64,000 bases of DNA, taken from assembly GCA_030390025.1 (NCBI GenBank), contig CM059431.1:123754001-123818000 (forward strand), read 5' to 3'. This stretch comes from Squalus acanthias. Its lineage: Eukaryota. Shown one piece after another: positions 45,061-56,862 of the stretch; within the stretch, counting starts at the first letter, position 1; every line of letters starts with the position of its first letter. The position numbers and the translations under genes were made by a program. A model generated the notes under the pieces. The model was given only the letters and a program-made list of their open reading frames with translations, was not told the DNA's origin and did no database searches.

Positions 45061-46089
45061 AGTGAGTCCTTCTGTCACTGATTTTATCGCGTGGCGGGAT
45101 CGTTCTATGTGAGAGGCCTGGGCGAGCAATTATCTTGCATGTCGAAGCCTAGAGCGTTTTTAACTCTTGGGTTGCATTTCCATATCCAGGACCCAAATCC
45201 CATCCGATTCCAGCAGAAATCACTGCCTGGCTGGTGGGTGGGACCGAAAATGTGGGCGGATGGAGGTTGATGCCAGGTACTCAAAGGAACGCTTCTCAGC
45301 AGTCAGGTAAGTGGTGAGCCGGGCGGGGGTGGGGGCAGCCTGAAGGGGGCGATCCCATTCGGGTGGTGGGAGGGAAGCTCGGGGCATGGGAGTCCCAAGG
45401 TTGCCTTGTGGGGCCCGTCAGCACTGCCAGTGGCTATTAGGGTCACCAAGGCTGGGAACAGCCGCGACTGAATATTTCTTCTCCAAACTGTCGATTTTCA
45501 AGAGGATTTGTAGCAATAAAGAAAGCAAAACAGAATGGTGTTGCCATAATCCAATTCCAAAAAATGGCCGCCAGAATTTTATTCCTATAAACCTGCCGTT
45601 CACATTATCATGTGCTCTGACCATGCCTGCCACATGTAAATGGAGGTGAGTGGGCCTGGCCAAAGTATCTCTGCAATTTTCTCCAATTAGCACGCTAATC
45701 TGATGTCAGAAATCAACGCTACTATAAAAATGGTGATAGGAGCAACAGAATGGCATACCTGAGGTGGATAGTACACAGAGGAGACCATTTTTAAAGAACT
45801 TTATTGCATATTTTTGGAGACTCATTTGGACAACAGGTTTTGCTTATTTGGGCTCATAAGCTTGACTGAAGAGATCTCCTGCCATTTACAGTGTGCTCTG
45901 GGGAAATTAACATTTTGAAGTGGAAAGATCGAGTTCCCTATAGGAATCCGTCATATTCTGTGTTCTGAAGAAGAGGAGGAGAATATAGAAGAGGCTAATT
46001 TGGAAGAATTGAGACATCACAGCGAGTGAAGCATCACAGAAGATCCTTATTTCCAGCATGTCGATACCCACTCCAGAAGGTTACAGACC

Positions 46090-47750
46090 TCAGAGGTTCT
46101 AGCTTGATTTTTCCGTGAGGCAATGTATTAGAAGGCTACACTTCTCCACAAAGGCGCTGGAGAGTTATGATAGCTGCTGGCTACAGACCTGAAGTCCACC
46201 TCAACAAGGTGTATGGTCATGTCAGTGATTGTTAAAGTGACACAGCCTGAACTTTAATAGCATTGGATCATTCCAGGCCTTAGGTGATGTAAGTCACATA
46301 AGTCCACTTGTTACCTAGAAATCTGCCATGACACCTTTGTATTTTGACAATCAATGGGACCTGCATTGATGTGCTAGAACACAGTTTTGGGTTGATTGAT
46401 TGGAGATCAGGGGTACCCCATGCAGCTCTGGCTGATGACTTCTCTCCAGCATCTAACCAACAGCTAGAATGTAGCTCTAATATCCACTCGAGCAGAGAAC
46501 AGCTATAATGAGGCCCTAATATCCACTCATATTGTTATATTGTATGGTATATTGGTATGCTGTATTCATGTTTCAACTACCTTTAAAGGTCTGAAGGAAT
46601 TTTGCAGTACAGCCTAGAAAGGGTTTCAACAACAATTGCTGCCGGCTGCATGTTGCATACCTGAGGGAGTGCTGCACTATCGGAGGTGAGGTTTTTCAGA
46701 TGAGAGGTTAAAATGAGGCTTTGTCTGCCCTCTCAGGTGAATGTAAAAAATTGCATAGCACTATTTGAAGAAGAGCAGGGGGGTTCTCTCCAGTGACTTG
46801 GCCAACATTTATCCATCAATCAACATCACTGAAACAGATTTTCTGGTCATTATCACATTGCTGTTTGTGGGAGCTTGTTGTGCGCAAATTGGCTGCCGCG
46901 TTTCCTACATTACAGCAGTGACTACACTTCAAAAGCACTTCCTTGGCTTTAAAGCACTTTGGGATGTCCTGAGGTCATGAAAGGTGCTCTATAAATACAA
47001 GTCTTTTTTCATTTCTTTTAACACTTCTCGCTCAATCAACACCACCAAAAACAGATTGTCTGGTCATTCATTTCATTGATGCTTGTGGGACATTCCTCTG
47101 TGGAAATTGGCGGCTACGTTTGCATATTACAACAGTGACTACATTTCGTTGGCTGTGGAGAGCTTTGGGATTTTCTGAGGTTATGATGCTATATGCATTT
47201 ATTTTCTTTCTCCTCCTGTTCACCAGTGCTCTGTGCATCGCCCCATGTTACTCCCTCTTTCTTGTTATCTACATTGCCCCAAGTGTGTGCATCTGGACTG
47301 GTGCTGGAATAAGCAAGGTGCCGTGACAGAAAAGATGAGGTTGCTGCATGAGTGGTTACTGCAGAGCTGCCAGGATGCTCTTCAGTCCGTGAACCTTCTA
47401 TGTTTGCTACGTTAAGGAAGGTTACAAAGGGAATACTTTTAGAAGGGTCTTTCACGTGTGACTTAGAAGTGACTGCAAAATTATAGAAGGCTTTACAATT
47501 ACAGTGAATGTCTGAAGACTGTAACAACTAAATATACTGTTGGCAATTCGTACTGTGAGGGCAATGTGGATATGTAAGTGAGTCGTGGGATGCGCATGGG
47601 TACCTATGACTTGACCAACCTTGTGAGATTATTAATCTGTTTCCAGCACTGTGTCGTTGTTCGTTGGGTGGTCAAGGTGGTACTGACTGCCTATGCCACC
47701 TTCCTCCATACAACCTGCATCACCCTCTTATGAGGCATTTGATCGGAGTG
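46090..47750. pseudogene. Ancient Harbinger relic: + transposase pieces (about 46090-46660) and - Myb pieces (about 47210-47750), with SINEs between
   Basis: GDQGYPMQLWLMT and LQYSLERVS...CMLH on +; WRKVA...QCWKQINNLTRLVK on -. Confidence 0.6.
46661..47015 (+). mobile_element. DeuSINE (SacSINE1-like), 5'-truncated; a second partial 3' copy follows at about 47020-47200
   Basis: GGAGGTG...TTTCAGATGAGAGGTTAAA Deu-like core and an L2-type 3' tail AAAGCACTTTGGGATGTCC...TATAAATACAAGTC (recognised from memory). Confidence 0.75.
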
Positions 47751-49324
47751 CCAAAGAGACCCGGCTCCAATTTTAACTCCAGGTGGATTCCCCGCTCAGG
47801 TTTGAGTTAAAATTACAGTTGGGCCTCAACGATGTCATCAGGTCGCAACATGCATGTGTAAAGAAGGACTCTGTTGGCATGTCCTCACTGCCTGCTCAGG
47901 ACAGCAGGTTAAATTTGCAGATGATGCCATCATGGCAGCTTTCGGACAGGTGAGAGCCAGGTTAATTTTAACTGTCCACCCACCAGGTTTCTGCTGAGTG
48001 AGTAGGGCCAAAATCATCCCCATCTCCTTGCCCTTATTTCTGCCAATAACACCTCTATTGATTTGTCTGAAAATCAGGGGATTCTTACCACTGCAGACAT
48101 CCCCAGTGCTGCCCCTCCTTCTGCCATTGCAAGCCTGTTTCTGCTGTCATCTTCTATCAATTCAAGATCTTCTGGTCCATCATTCTGCTCCAGCCTATTA
48201 ACTGCTTCAGCTAAATATCATTCCCCACCCTTCCAACAGTGATGAACCAGTCAGGATTAGGAATACCACTCTCAAGGCACCGTGCATATGAAGTAAGGCC
48301 CCTCGAGAAAAATGCTGTGGGTTACCAGCACAGACATGGGTGGGTAAAAGTCCCATTCTGCCCCTAAACTGCCAATAAGAAGTTAGTCCAGCCTTAAGTG
48401 TCAGCTAGTTTACTGTCCACAGATGCATGAAGGTGATAACAGATACATCATTTAATGTGATCAGTACACACCTTGATCATATTCACCAGCAACAGTAGTA
48501 TGACAGGATTGCGTGATTTTACCAGTCTGTGGACTAGCAGTGCTACCCTCCATATCCATGGCTAATGACACCATGTGCCAATCACAAGCAAATTCAGAAC
48601 ACAACTACAATGAGTATCATGCTACCCCAGGATGATTACAGAGCATGTCATTGGGGTCTTGAAGCATTGCTTCCAATGCCTCAAGCATCAGGGCACATTG
48701 CAGTATAGCCCCCCAGAATCTCCCATGTAAAGGCCACAATTTTGCCTCTATTGAGGGAAAAGTTATACAACATCACACTGCCCAACATCAATATTTTGTT
48801 GAAAGCAAAATTAGTTAATAATAGACACATTAAACTTGTACCCTTTGGAAATATGAGGTCAGATTTATTTTGAGGCAATAGAACTAATTGATACAGAATG
48901 ACACAGAAATTAAGGTAGAAAAATCTCTTCTACTGTTCTTAGCCTAACCTACAGAATAATTGTTTTCACATGTATTCCTAATTGGATTTCTGCTCTGGCA
49001 AAGAGCATACAGTTATTTCCTCACTTAAAATGTTACCGAATGCATTCTCAATAAATACATTTAGAACCTAATTTTAACAGGAGAATAGAAAGATTATGGG
49101 ATTTTGTACAAATAAATGAAATTCTTACAGTTTCCAATGTGACCAAATGTCTCACCCTTGAAAACAACAGCGGGAAACAGGGCCTCCTGTCAACCTTAAT
49201 ATTTGCAATTTTTGACAGCTCTAATTGGCTTCCAAAATGAGGTAAGAATTAAAATCTTCAGCATAAAATAACCTACAACTATTTGCTAATCATCTGCCTG
49301 AGGTATATATTAGTTACAAATGCG

Positions 49325-49728
49325 TCAGCTTTGCTCAGTTGGTAGCAATTTCTAAATCAGACAGTTATGGGTTTAATGCCTACTCCACATTGAAATGCAT
49401 AATCGAGGTTGGCACTCCAGTGTAGTGCTGCGCAAATTCTGCATTGCCAAAGGTGCTGTTCTTTAGATAGGATGTTAAACCAAGGTCCGGTTTTGTGGTT
49501 CAGTTAAGGTTAAAGATCCCATGGAACTATTTGAAGAAGAACACCATTTATCCAACATGTCTTCCATAATTAATAGCATCAGGAACATTTATCCCATTGC
49601 GATTATGGAATTTTGCTGTGTGCAAAAAGGTTACAGCATTTACTCACATAATTGCATTCAACATTGTGTGAAGCACTTTCAGATGTTTCTAAGAGATGTG
49701 ATCAGGCACTCTAGGGTATAAATTCATC
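49325..49728 (+). mobile_element. Decayed tRNA-headed DeuSINE
   Basis: GCTCAGTTGGTAGC A-box head; AAGATCCCATGGAACTATTTGAAGAAGA core; same tail as 46661-47015. Confidence 0.7.
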
Positions 49729-50312
49729 TTTGACAGTAGCACAAAATTGGAACTAGCGAATTGGCAGCCTGTTTTGCACTCCACTCAATTTTCTTTTCTA
49801 TTGACTTCAAGATGAATTTGTATATGAATGCCTATCCTTTTTTAAAAAGAAACATAAATATTCTGCTGTGATTTTTATTTTGAGATGCATCTGAGGGACA
49901 TGTTAAGGCATGATACGAATAAAATTTTCTCTTGTAAATTTTTTTACTATGAATTTTCTTCTTTACTTCTTGCTATGATGATTTATCTATTGTAGAAGTT
50001 AGTGGCTTCTTGCTGTTGTTAAGCCTGAGAGCACATGATTTCCACGATGTTATAGTAAAGGGTAGCTACAAACATGTGACTATGTTTACATGGTTCATTC
50101 CATGTGGTCGCATGTTTCTGGCTGCACCATGTATAGTTATGGTATTATGATATATAGTGGGAAACAGGTGGCAGTAGGTGGGTCTGTTTTAAATCCAGTG
50201 ATTTGGAAAGGATGATCGGGCGGGGAGTAAAATGGGCAGTGGACAAGCTGCTGCCTGTTTCCTGCCTGGCGGGAACAGTTAAAATCGACCCCCAAGAGGA
50301 CAGTTTGGTCAA

Positions 50313-50456
50313 AAAATGCAGATGTAGGAATTCGAAAACAAAAACAGAAAAATGCTGGAAACACTTGGCAGATAAGTCGACATTTGTGGTCTGTTTCTGT
50401 CTCCACAGATGCTGCTTGATCTGCTGAGTATTTCAGCATTTGCTGTTTTTGTTTCA
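50313..50456. repeat. Inverted pair of Penelope-like terminal fragments
   Basis: AAAACAGAAAAATGCTGGAAACACT... is inverted relative to CTCCACAGATGCTGC...CAGCATTTGCTGTTTTTGTTTC. Confidence 0.55.
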
Positions 50457-51951
50457 ACAAAGTTGTTCCTTAATTTGAACTTGAAATTGCGTGGGATCTT
50501 CTTATCTACACATCAGGCATAAAAGCTGTCTGAAGTTATATATAGTACGAGTTATCCACAGGTCATAATGCTGCAGGTGTGAGAAAAAATAGGACCGTTT
50601 GAGATGAGTGCTACAACTTGTGCAATATTCTATGGGTGCACTATTAAGCATGTTTGAGATTTCACTCAGTATAGTCTTAAATGATAATTAAAGCATTTAT
50701 CTTTCCTTAATTCTCAGTTCCATTAAATATCACGTTCCCGAAATATGGAATTACATTATGGGAACTCAGTGAGCATTCAAATATTTAATCAAACAGCCTA
50801 TAAAAATGTAGATATATTAACAGTCAGTAATGTAACTGAAATCCTTGTTTCACTTCTTAGATTAACATTTTAATGAAGCTATTGAAAATGCCTTTTAAAA
50901 TTATATTTGTTGCACTGGATTTGTGTAGTGTTTTAAAAATAATCTTGACACGTTGAAACAATTTATTTTTATAATTTGCCAATAAATAATTGCTGCCAAT
51001 GAGGAGCAGAATATAAAATGAGCAAAGACCGTAATGTTAATTTTAAAGAAAATTAGCTCAATGACTATAACAGTAATTATAACATACAAATTTATATAGG
51101 ATGGTTTGATATGATTTAACATTAATGTTTTAACTTTAATTCTGTTTAATAGAATTCACATAACATTAACATCTACTATAATACAAATTTCTCATTCCGC
51201 ATAGCAAATCATTCCCACAGTTGGATAGTTCTGTGCCCATTTTATTCATTAATTCAATATCTGACATAATTTCTTGTATTTTTTTCTGTGAAGGTATACA
51301 TTTAGATGAACATACATATGGTTAGATATAGATAGACAGACAGACAGACATCAAATGGATAAGCTACTTTTCCTGAAATTCAGCTACTGACCAAATCCCT
51401 AAGTAAACAGCTGCACTTCATCAACAATGATCGATTCCACTTAATGATCGTTCTGGGAAGTTTTCAAGTCTTAAAAATAAATCTGTGTAATATATGGATG
51501 AGATTTTCAGAAACCATGTGCCACCATTTGGATCTCGAGTACAACCAGCAGCTTATCGTAAAAATCACAGGTGCACTGCCCCGATATTCTATCCACTGAA
51601 GTCAATTTCGTCTAAAGTTTATTGATTTGAAGCATCGGCTATTTTAGGAAAAACTGTAGCAAGCCTGCTACTATAGGATTAATGTATCTGAAAAGCTGCT
51701 GACTGCTGCCAAAGATTTAAAGTACCTCTTTGTGTTATGGTGAACTGAAAAAAGAGATTCATGTAGACATTTAGCACCTTTTAATTCACTTTTGGCTGCC
51801 GCTGTATATTAACAATGAAATGCAAAGTGCCAGTTTTCAATTTGATGTAGAACAGCAGAATCTTGCAAAGATAGAATTATTTAGACACCCTGGTCCACTC
51901 TTCCATCGCTTCCAATTACCCCTCCCCTTCCCAGGCACATTCCTCTGCAAG

Positions 51952-52420
51952 CATAGGAACATAGGAACAGGAGGAGGCCATTCAGCCCCTCGAGCCTGTT
52001 CCACCATTAATGAGATCATGGCTGATCTACGACCTAACTCCACCTACCCGCCTTTGGCCCATATCCCTTAATACCATTGGTTAACAAAAATCTATCAATC
52101 TCACATTTAAAATTAACAATTGATCTAGCATCAATTGCCATTTGCGGAAGGGAGTTCCAAACTTCCACCACCCTTTGTGTGTAGAAGTGTTTTCTAATTT
52201 CACTCCTGAAAGGTCTGGCTCTAATTTTTAGACCATGCCCCCTAGTCCTAGAATCCCCATCCAGCGGAAATAGTTTCTCTCTATCTACTCTATCTGTCCC
52301 CCTTAATATCTTGAAAACTTAGATCAGATCACCCCTTAATCTCTTAAATTCTAGGGAATGCAACCCTAATTTGTGTAATCACTCCTCGTAACTTAACCCT
52401 TGCAGTCTGGGTATCATTCT
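51952..52420 (-). mobile_element. CR1 3' fragment
   Basis: (CATAGGAA)n tail and reverse ORF2 C-terminus. Confidence 0.85.
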
Positions 52421-52424
52421 CAGT

Positions 52425-52935
52425 AGGAGATGCAACGTTTTACCCTTTTACCCCCTCCCTTCCCACCTTGCAGGGCCCTAAAAACTCCTTCCAGGTGAAA
52501 CAGCAATTTACTTGTACTTCTTTCAATTTAGTATACTGAATTCGCTGCTCATGATGCGATCTCTTCTACACTGGGGAGAAGAAACGCAGATTAGGTGATC
52601 GCTTTGCGGAACACCTCCATTCAGCCCGCAAGCATGGCCCTGAGTCTCTGGTCGCTTGTCACTTTAATTCTCCGACCTACTTCCACTTTGACCTCTCTGT
52701 CCTCGGCCTCCTACACTGTCGTAATGAAGCTCAACGGAAGCTCGAGAAACAGCACCTCATATTTCGATGAGGCACTTCACAGCCTTCTGGACTCAGCGTT
52801 GAGTTCAACAATTTCAGATCATAACCACTGCTACCATTTTTTCGGTCAGCACTTGCTGGTAATGATTCTGCTTCTGTTATTTTCAGCTCCTCTAGACCCA
52901 TCTTTTGTTTCTTTTATTGCCCCATTACCACCATC
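52425..52935 (+). mobile_element. Penelope-like element fragment (GIY-YIG endonuclease pseudogene)
   Basis: Translates as FTCTSFNLVY*IRCS*CDLFYTGEKKRRLGDRFAEHL, the GIY-YIG signature of Penelope-like elements. Confidence 0.8.
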
Positions 52936-53357
52936 TTAATGCCACGAAGAGTGATTGATGAGTCAGATTACCTGACTAATGGCCCTGAATTTCCTGGATT
53001 ACATTTACATTGAAATTATGCCGAAGTTTTAGGATAGTTTCTGCGCTGATCTTGCTAATGGGAAGTTTTCTGCAGAGCTCATTTCCCTAAACTGGAATGT
53101 AAAAAGCAGCGTCAAACAAGCGCAAATACAGCACCACGAACAGGGGTAATAGCGAGATTGGTGTTGTCATCTGCTATGGCCCCTCTCTTGCCTCTGCTGC
53201 TTGTAAGCTTCGCAAAATTCCCCAGAAACTTTTATAGAACCCTAAAAGGGGTGATTTTTGGATTTTTCCTACGAATTTGGGATGATGGGACCTAAGTGAA
53301 GTGATTTGAGGTAAAACCCTCAGTTTTGGACATTTAAAGATCAGGGAAGAAAAACCC

Positions 53358-53962
53358 AGTACAAAGAAGGATCACTCGATTAATCCCGAGGATGAGGGGG
53401 TGGACATATGAGGAGAGGTTGAGTAGATTGGGACTCTACTCATTGGAGTTCAGAAGAGTGAGAGGCGATCTTATTGAAACATATAAGATTGTGAAGGGGC
53501 TTGATCGGGTGGATGCGGTAAGGTTGTTCCCAAGGATGGGTGAAACTAGAACTAGGGGGCATAATCTTAGAATAAGGGGCTGCTCTTTCAAAACTGAGAT
53601 GAGGAGAAACTTCTTCACTCAGAGGGTAGTAGGTCTGTGGAATTTGCTGCCCCAGGAAGCTGTGGAAGCTACATCATTAAATAAATTTAAAACAGAAATA
53701 GATAGTTTCCTAGAGGTAAAGGGAATTAGGGGTTACGGTGAGTGGGCAGGAAATTGGACATGAGGCTGAGTTCGGATTGATCAGGGCCCTGCGGGTGGCG
53801 GAGCGGGCCCAGGGGCTGAGTGGCCGGGTCCTGCTCCTACTTCTTGTGTTCTTTAGATTTGAGGTTAGGATCAGATCAGCCATGATCTTATTGAATGGCG
53901 GAGCAGGCTCGAGGGGCCGATTGGCCTACTCCTGCTCCTATTTCTTATGTTCTTATGTTCTT
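53358..53962 (+). mobile_element. CR1 3' fragment with a duplicated 3' terminus
   Basis: Open ORF2 C-terminus (53392-53763), two successive 3'UTR-end modules and a (TTCTTATG)n tail. Confidence 0.9.
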
Positions 53963-54537
53963 AAAATGACTTTTGAAAATGACTATGGGGAAATACAGCT
54001 TTCACAGACACAAGACAGGCTGCGAAGGGGTGTGGCGAAGCAGTGGACAGCTTTTGGGGTCAAGCTGTCTGGAATTTGTTTGCACTGCAATCCAGCAGGA
54101 GGAAGAACCTCACCCAAAGCCTCACAACACATCCAAAATTTAATAATTAAAGACACCTTTTGAATATCCCAGGCCCAAACAGGATGCCAGAAGCCTGTAA
54201 ACAATAAAACATCTAGTACAGCCATTACTTCATCAAAAACCAATCAGCCAGGTATCTATAGGGACAAGATTTGGTGCATAGATAAAAGCCCTGCCTAAAT
54301 GGGAGACATCGGAAGCCATCAGGACAGTTTAACACCAAGTTAAAACCATCAAAACTTAACAAGCCCGCAAAAACTAAGACAATGGAATGAACAGGCCTCA
54401 ACTGAAACCTAAATCACTTCAACACAAAACCGATTTAGTAAAGGGGTTTTGGCGCGAAAAAGACAAAGGGCCTGAACATTATAATTGAGGGCCTAATCCC
54501 CAAGAAAGTTAGTTGCAGCAAGTTCCAGCAAGACACT

Positions 54538-56862
54538 ACATAGAAACATAGAAACATAGAAAATAGGTACAGGAGTAGACCATTCGGTCCTTCGAGCCTG
54601 CACCGCCATTCAATGCGTTCATGGCTGAACATGCTACCTCAGTACCCCATTCCTGCTTTCTCGCCATACCCCTTGATCCCCCTAGTTGTGAGTGTTATAT
54701 CTAACTCCCTTTTGAATATATTTAGCGAACTGGCCTCAACAACCTTCTGTGGAAGAGAATTCCATAGATTCACCACTCTCTGGGTGAAGAAGTTCCTCCT
54801 CAGCTCAGTCTTAAATGGCTTCCCCTTAATCCTTAGACTGTGACCCCTGGTTCTAGTTTTCCCTACCATTGGGAACATTCTGCCCGCATCTAATTTGTCT
54901 AAACCAGTCAGGATTTTAAATGTCTCTATAAGATCCCCCCTCATTCTTCTGAACTCCAGAGGATACAAGTTCAGTTGACCCAATCTTTCTTGATATGTCA
55001 GTCCGGCCATCCCAGGAATCAATCTAGTGAACCTTCGCTGCACTCCCTCAATAGCAAGAATGTCCTTCCTTAAGTTAGGAGACCAAAACTGCGCACAATA
55101 CTCCAGGTGTGGCCTCACCAAGGCCCTGTACAACTGTAGCATCACCTCCCTACTCCTGTACTCAAATCCCCTTGCTATGAAGGCCATCATTCCGTTTGCT
55201 TTCTTGACTGCCTGCTGCACTTGCATTCCCACCTTCAGTGACTGATGTACCATGACGCCCAGGTCTCGTTGCACCTCCCCTTTCCCTAATCTGCCACCAT
55301 TCAGGTAATAGTCCGCCTCTCTATTTTTACCACCAAAGTGGATAACCTCACATTTATCCACATTGTACTTCATCTGCCATACATTTGCCCATTCACCCAA
55401 CCTGTCCAAGTCACTCTGTAGCCTCCTAGCATCCTCCTCATTGTTCACACTGCCTCCCAATTTAGTGTCATCCGCAAATTTGGAGATATTACATTTAATC
55501 CCTTCGTCCAAATCATTAATATATAATGTAAACAGCTGGGGTCCCAGCACCGAACCCTGCGGTACCCCGCTGGTCACTGCCTGCCATTCTGAAAAGTACC
55601 CATTTACTCCTACTCTTTGTTTCCTGTGTGCCAACCAGTTCTCAATCCACGTCAACACATTACCCCCAATCCCATGTGCTTTAACTTTGCTCACCAATCT
55701 CTTGTGTGGGACCTTGTCGAAGGCCTTCTGAATGTCCAAATACACCACATCTACTGGTTCCCCCCTGTCCACCCTATTGGAAACATCCTCAAAAAATTCC
55801 AGAAGATTTGTCAAGCATGATTTCCCTTTCACAAATCCATGCTGACTTGGACCTATCATGTCGCCACTTTCCAAATGGTCTGTTATGACATCTTTAATAA
55901 TTGCTTCCATCATTTTACCCACGACCGATGTCAGGCTGACCGGTCTATAATTCCCTGCTTTCTCCCTCCCTCCTTTTTTAAAAAGAGGGGTTACATTGGC
56001 CACCCTCCACTCTATCGGAACTGATCCAGAGTCTAAGGAATGTTGGAAAATGATCGTCAATGCATCCACTATTTCCAAGGCCACCTCCTTAAGTACTCTG
56101 GGATGCAGACCATCAGGCCCCGGGGATTTTTCAGCCTTCAGTCCCATCAATTTCCCCAATACCTTTTCCCGACTAATAATGATTTCCCTCAGCTCCTCCC
56201 TCTTACCAGATCCTCTGACCCCTTTTATTTCCGGCAGGTTGTGTGTGTCCTCCACAGTAAACACCGAACCAAAGTACTTGTTCAATTGATCTGCCATTTC
56301 CTTGTTCCCCATTACGACTTCCCCTGTTTCCGACTGCAGGGGACCTACGTTTGTTTTTACTAACCTCTTTCTTTTTACATATTTATAGAAGCTTTTGCAG
56401 TCCATTTTAATGTTCTCTGCAAGCTTCCTTTCATATTTTATTTTCCCTGCCCTAATCAAACCCTTCGTCCTCCTCTGCTGAGTTTTGAAGTTCTCCCAGT
56501 CCCCGGGTTTGCTGGTACTTCTGGCCAATTTGTATGCAATTTCCTTGGTTTTAATACTATCCCTGATTTCCCTTGTTAGCCATGGTTGAGCCACCTTCCC
56601 TTTTTTATTTTTATGCCAGACCGGGATGTACAATTGTTGTAGTTCATCCATGCGATCTCTAAATGTCTGCCATTGCCCTTCCACTGATAGCCCCTTAAAT
56701 ATCGCTTGCCAATTTAACCTCGCCAATTCACACCTCATACCCTCAAAGTTGCCCTTATTTAAGTTCTGGACCATGGTCTCTGACTTAACTGTTTCCTTCT
56801 CCATCCTAATGTAGAACTCCACCATACTATGGTCACTCTTCCCCAGGGGGCCTCGTACTACA
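54538..56862 (-). mobile_element. Young 5'-truncated CR1 with an uninterrupted ORF2 fragment (54639-56870, 743 aa in the ORF track)
   Basis: Runs from the SDH endonuclease end through the full RT (FADD) to the stop; (CATAGAAA)n tail; ACTACA at both junctions. Confidence 0.92.

Noticed and set aside
50313..50456. Hammerhead ribozyme linked to Penelope-like termini
   Set aside because: The catalytic core (CTGANGA...GAAA) is not present in the retained fragments.
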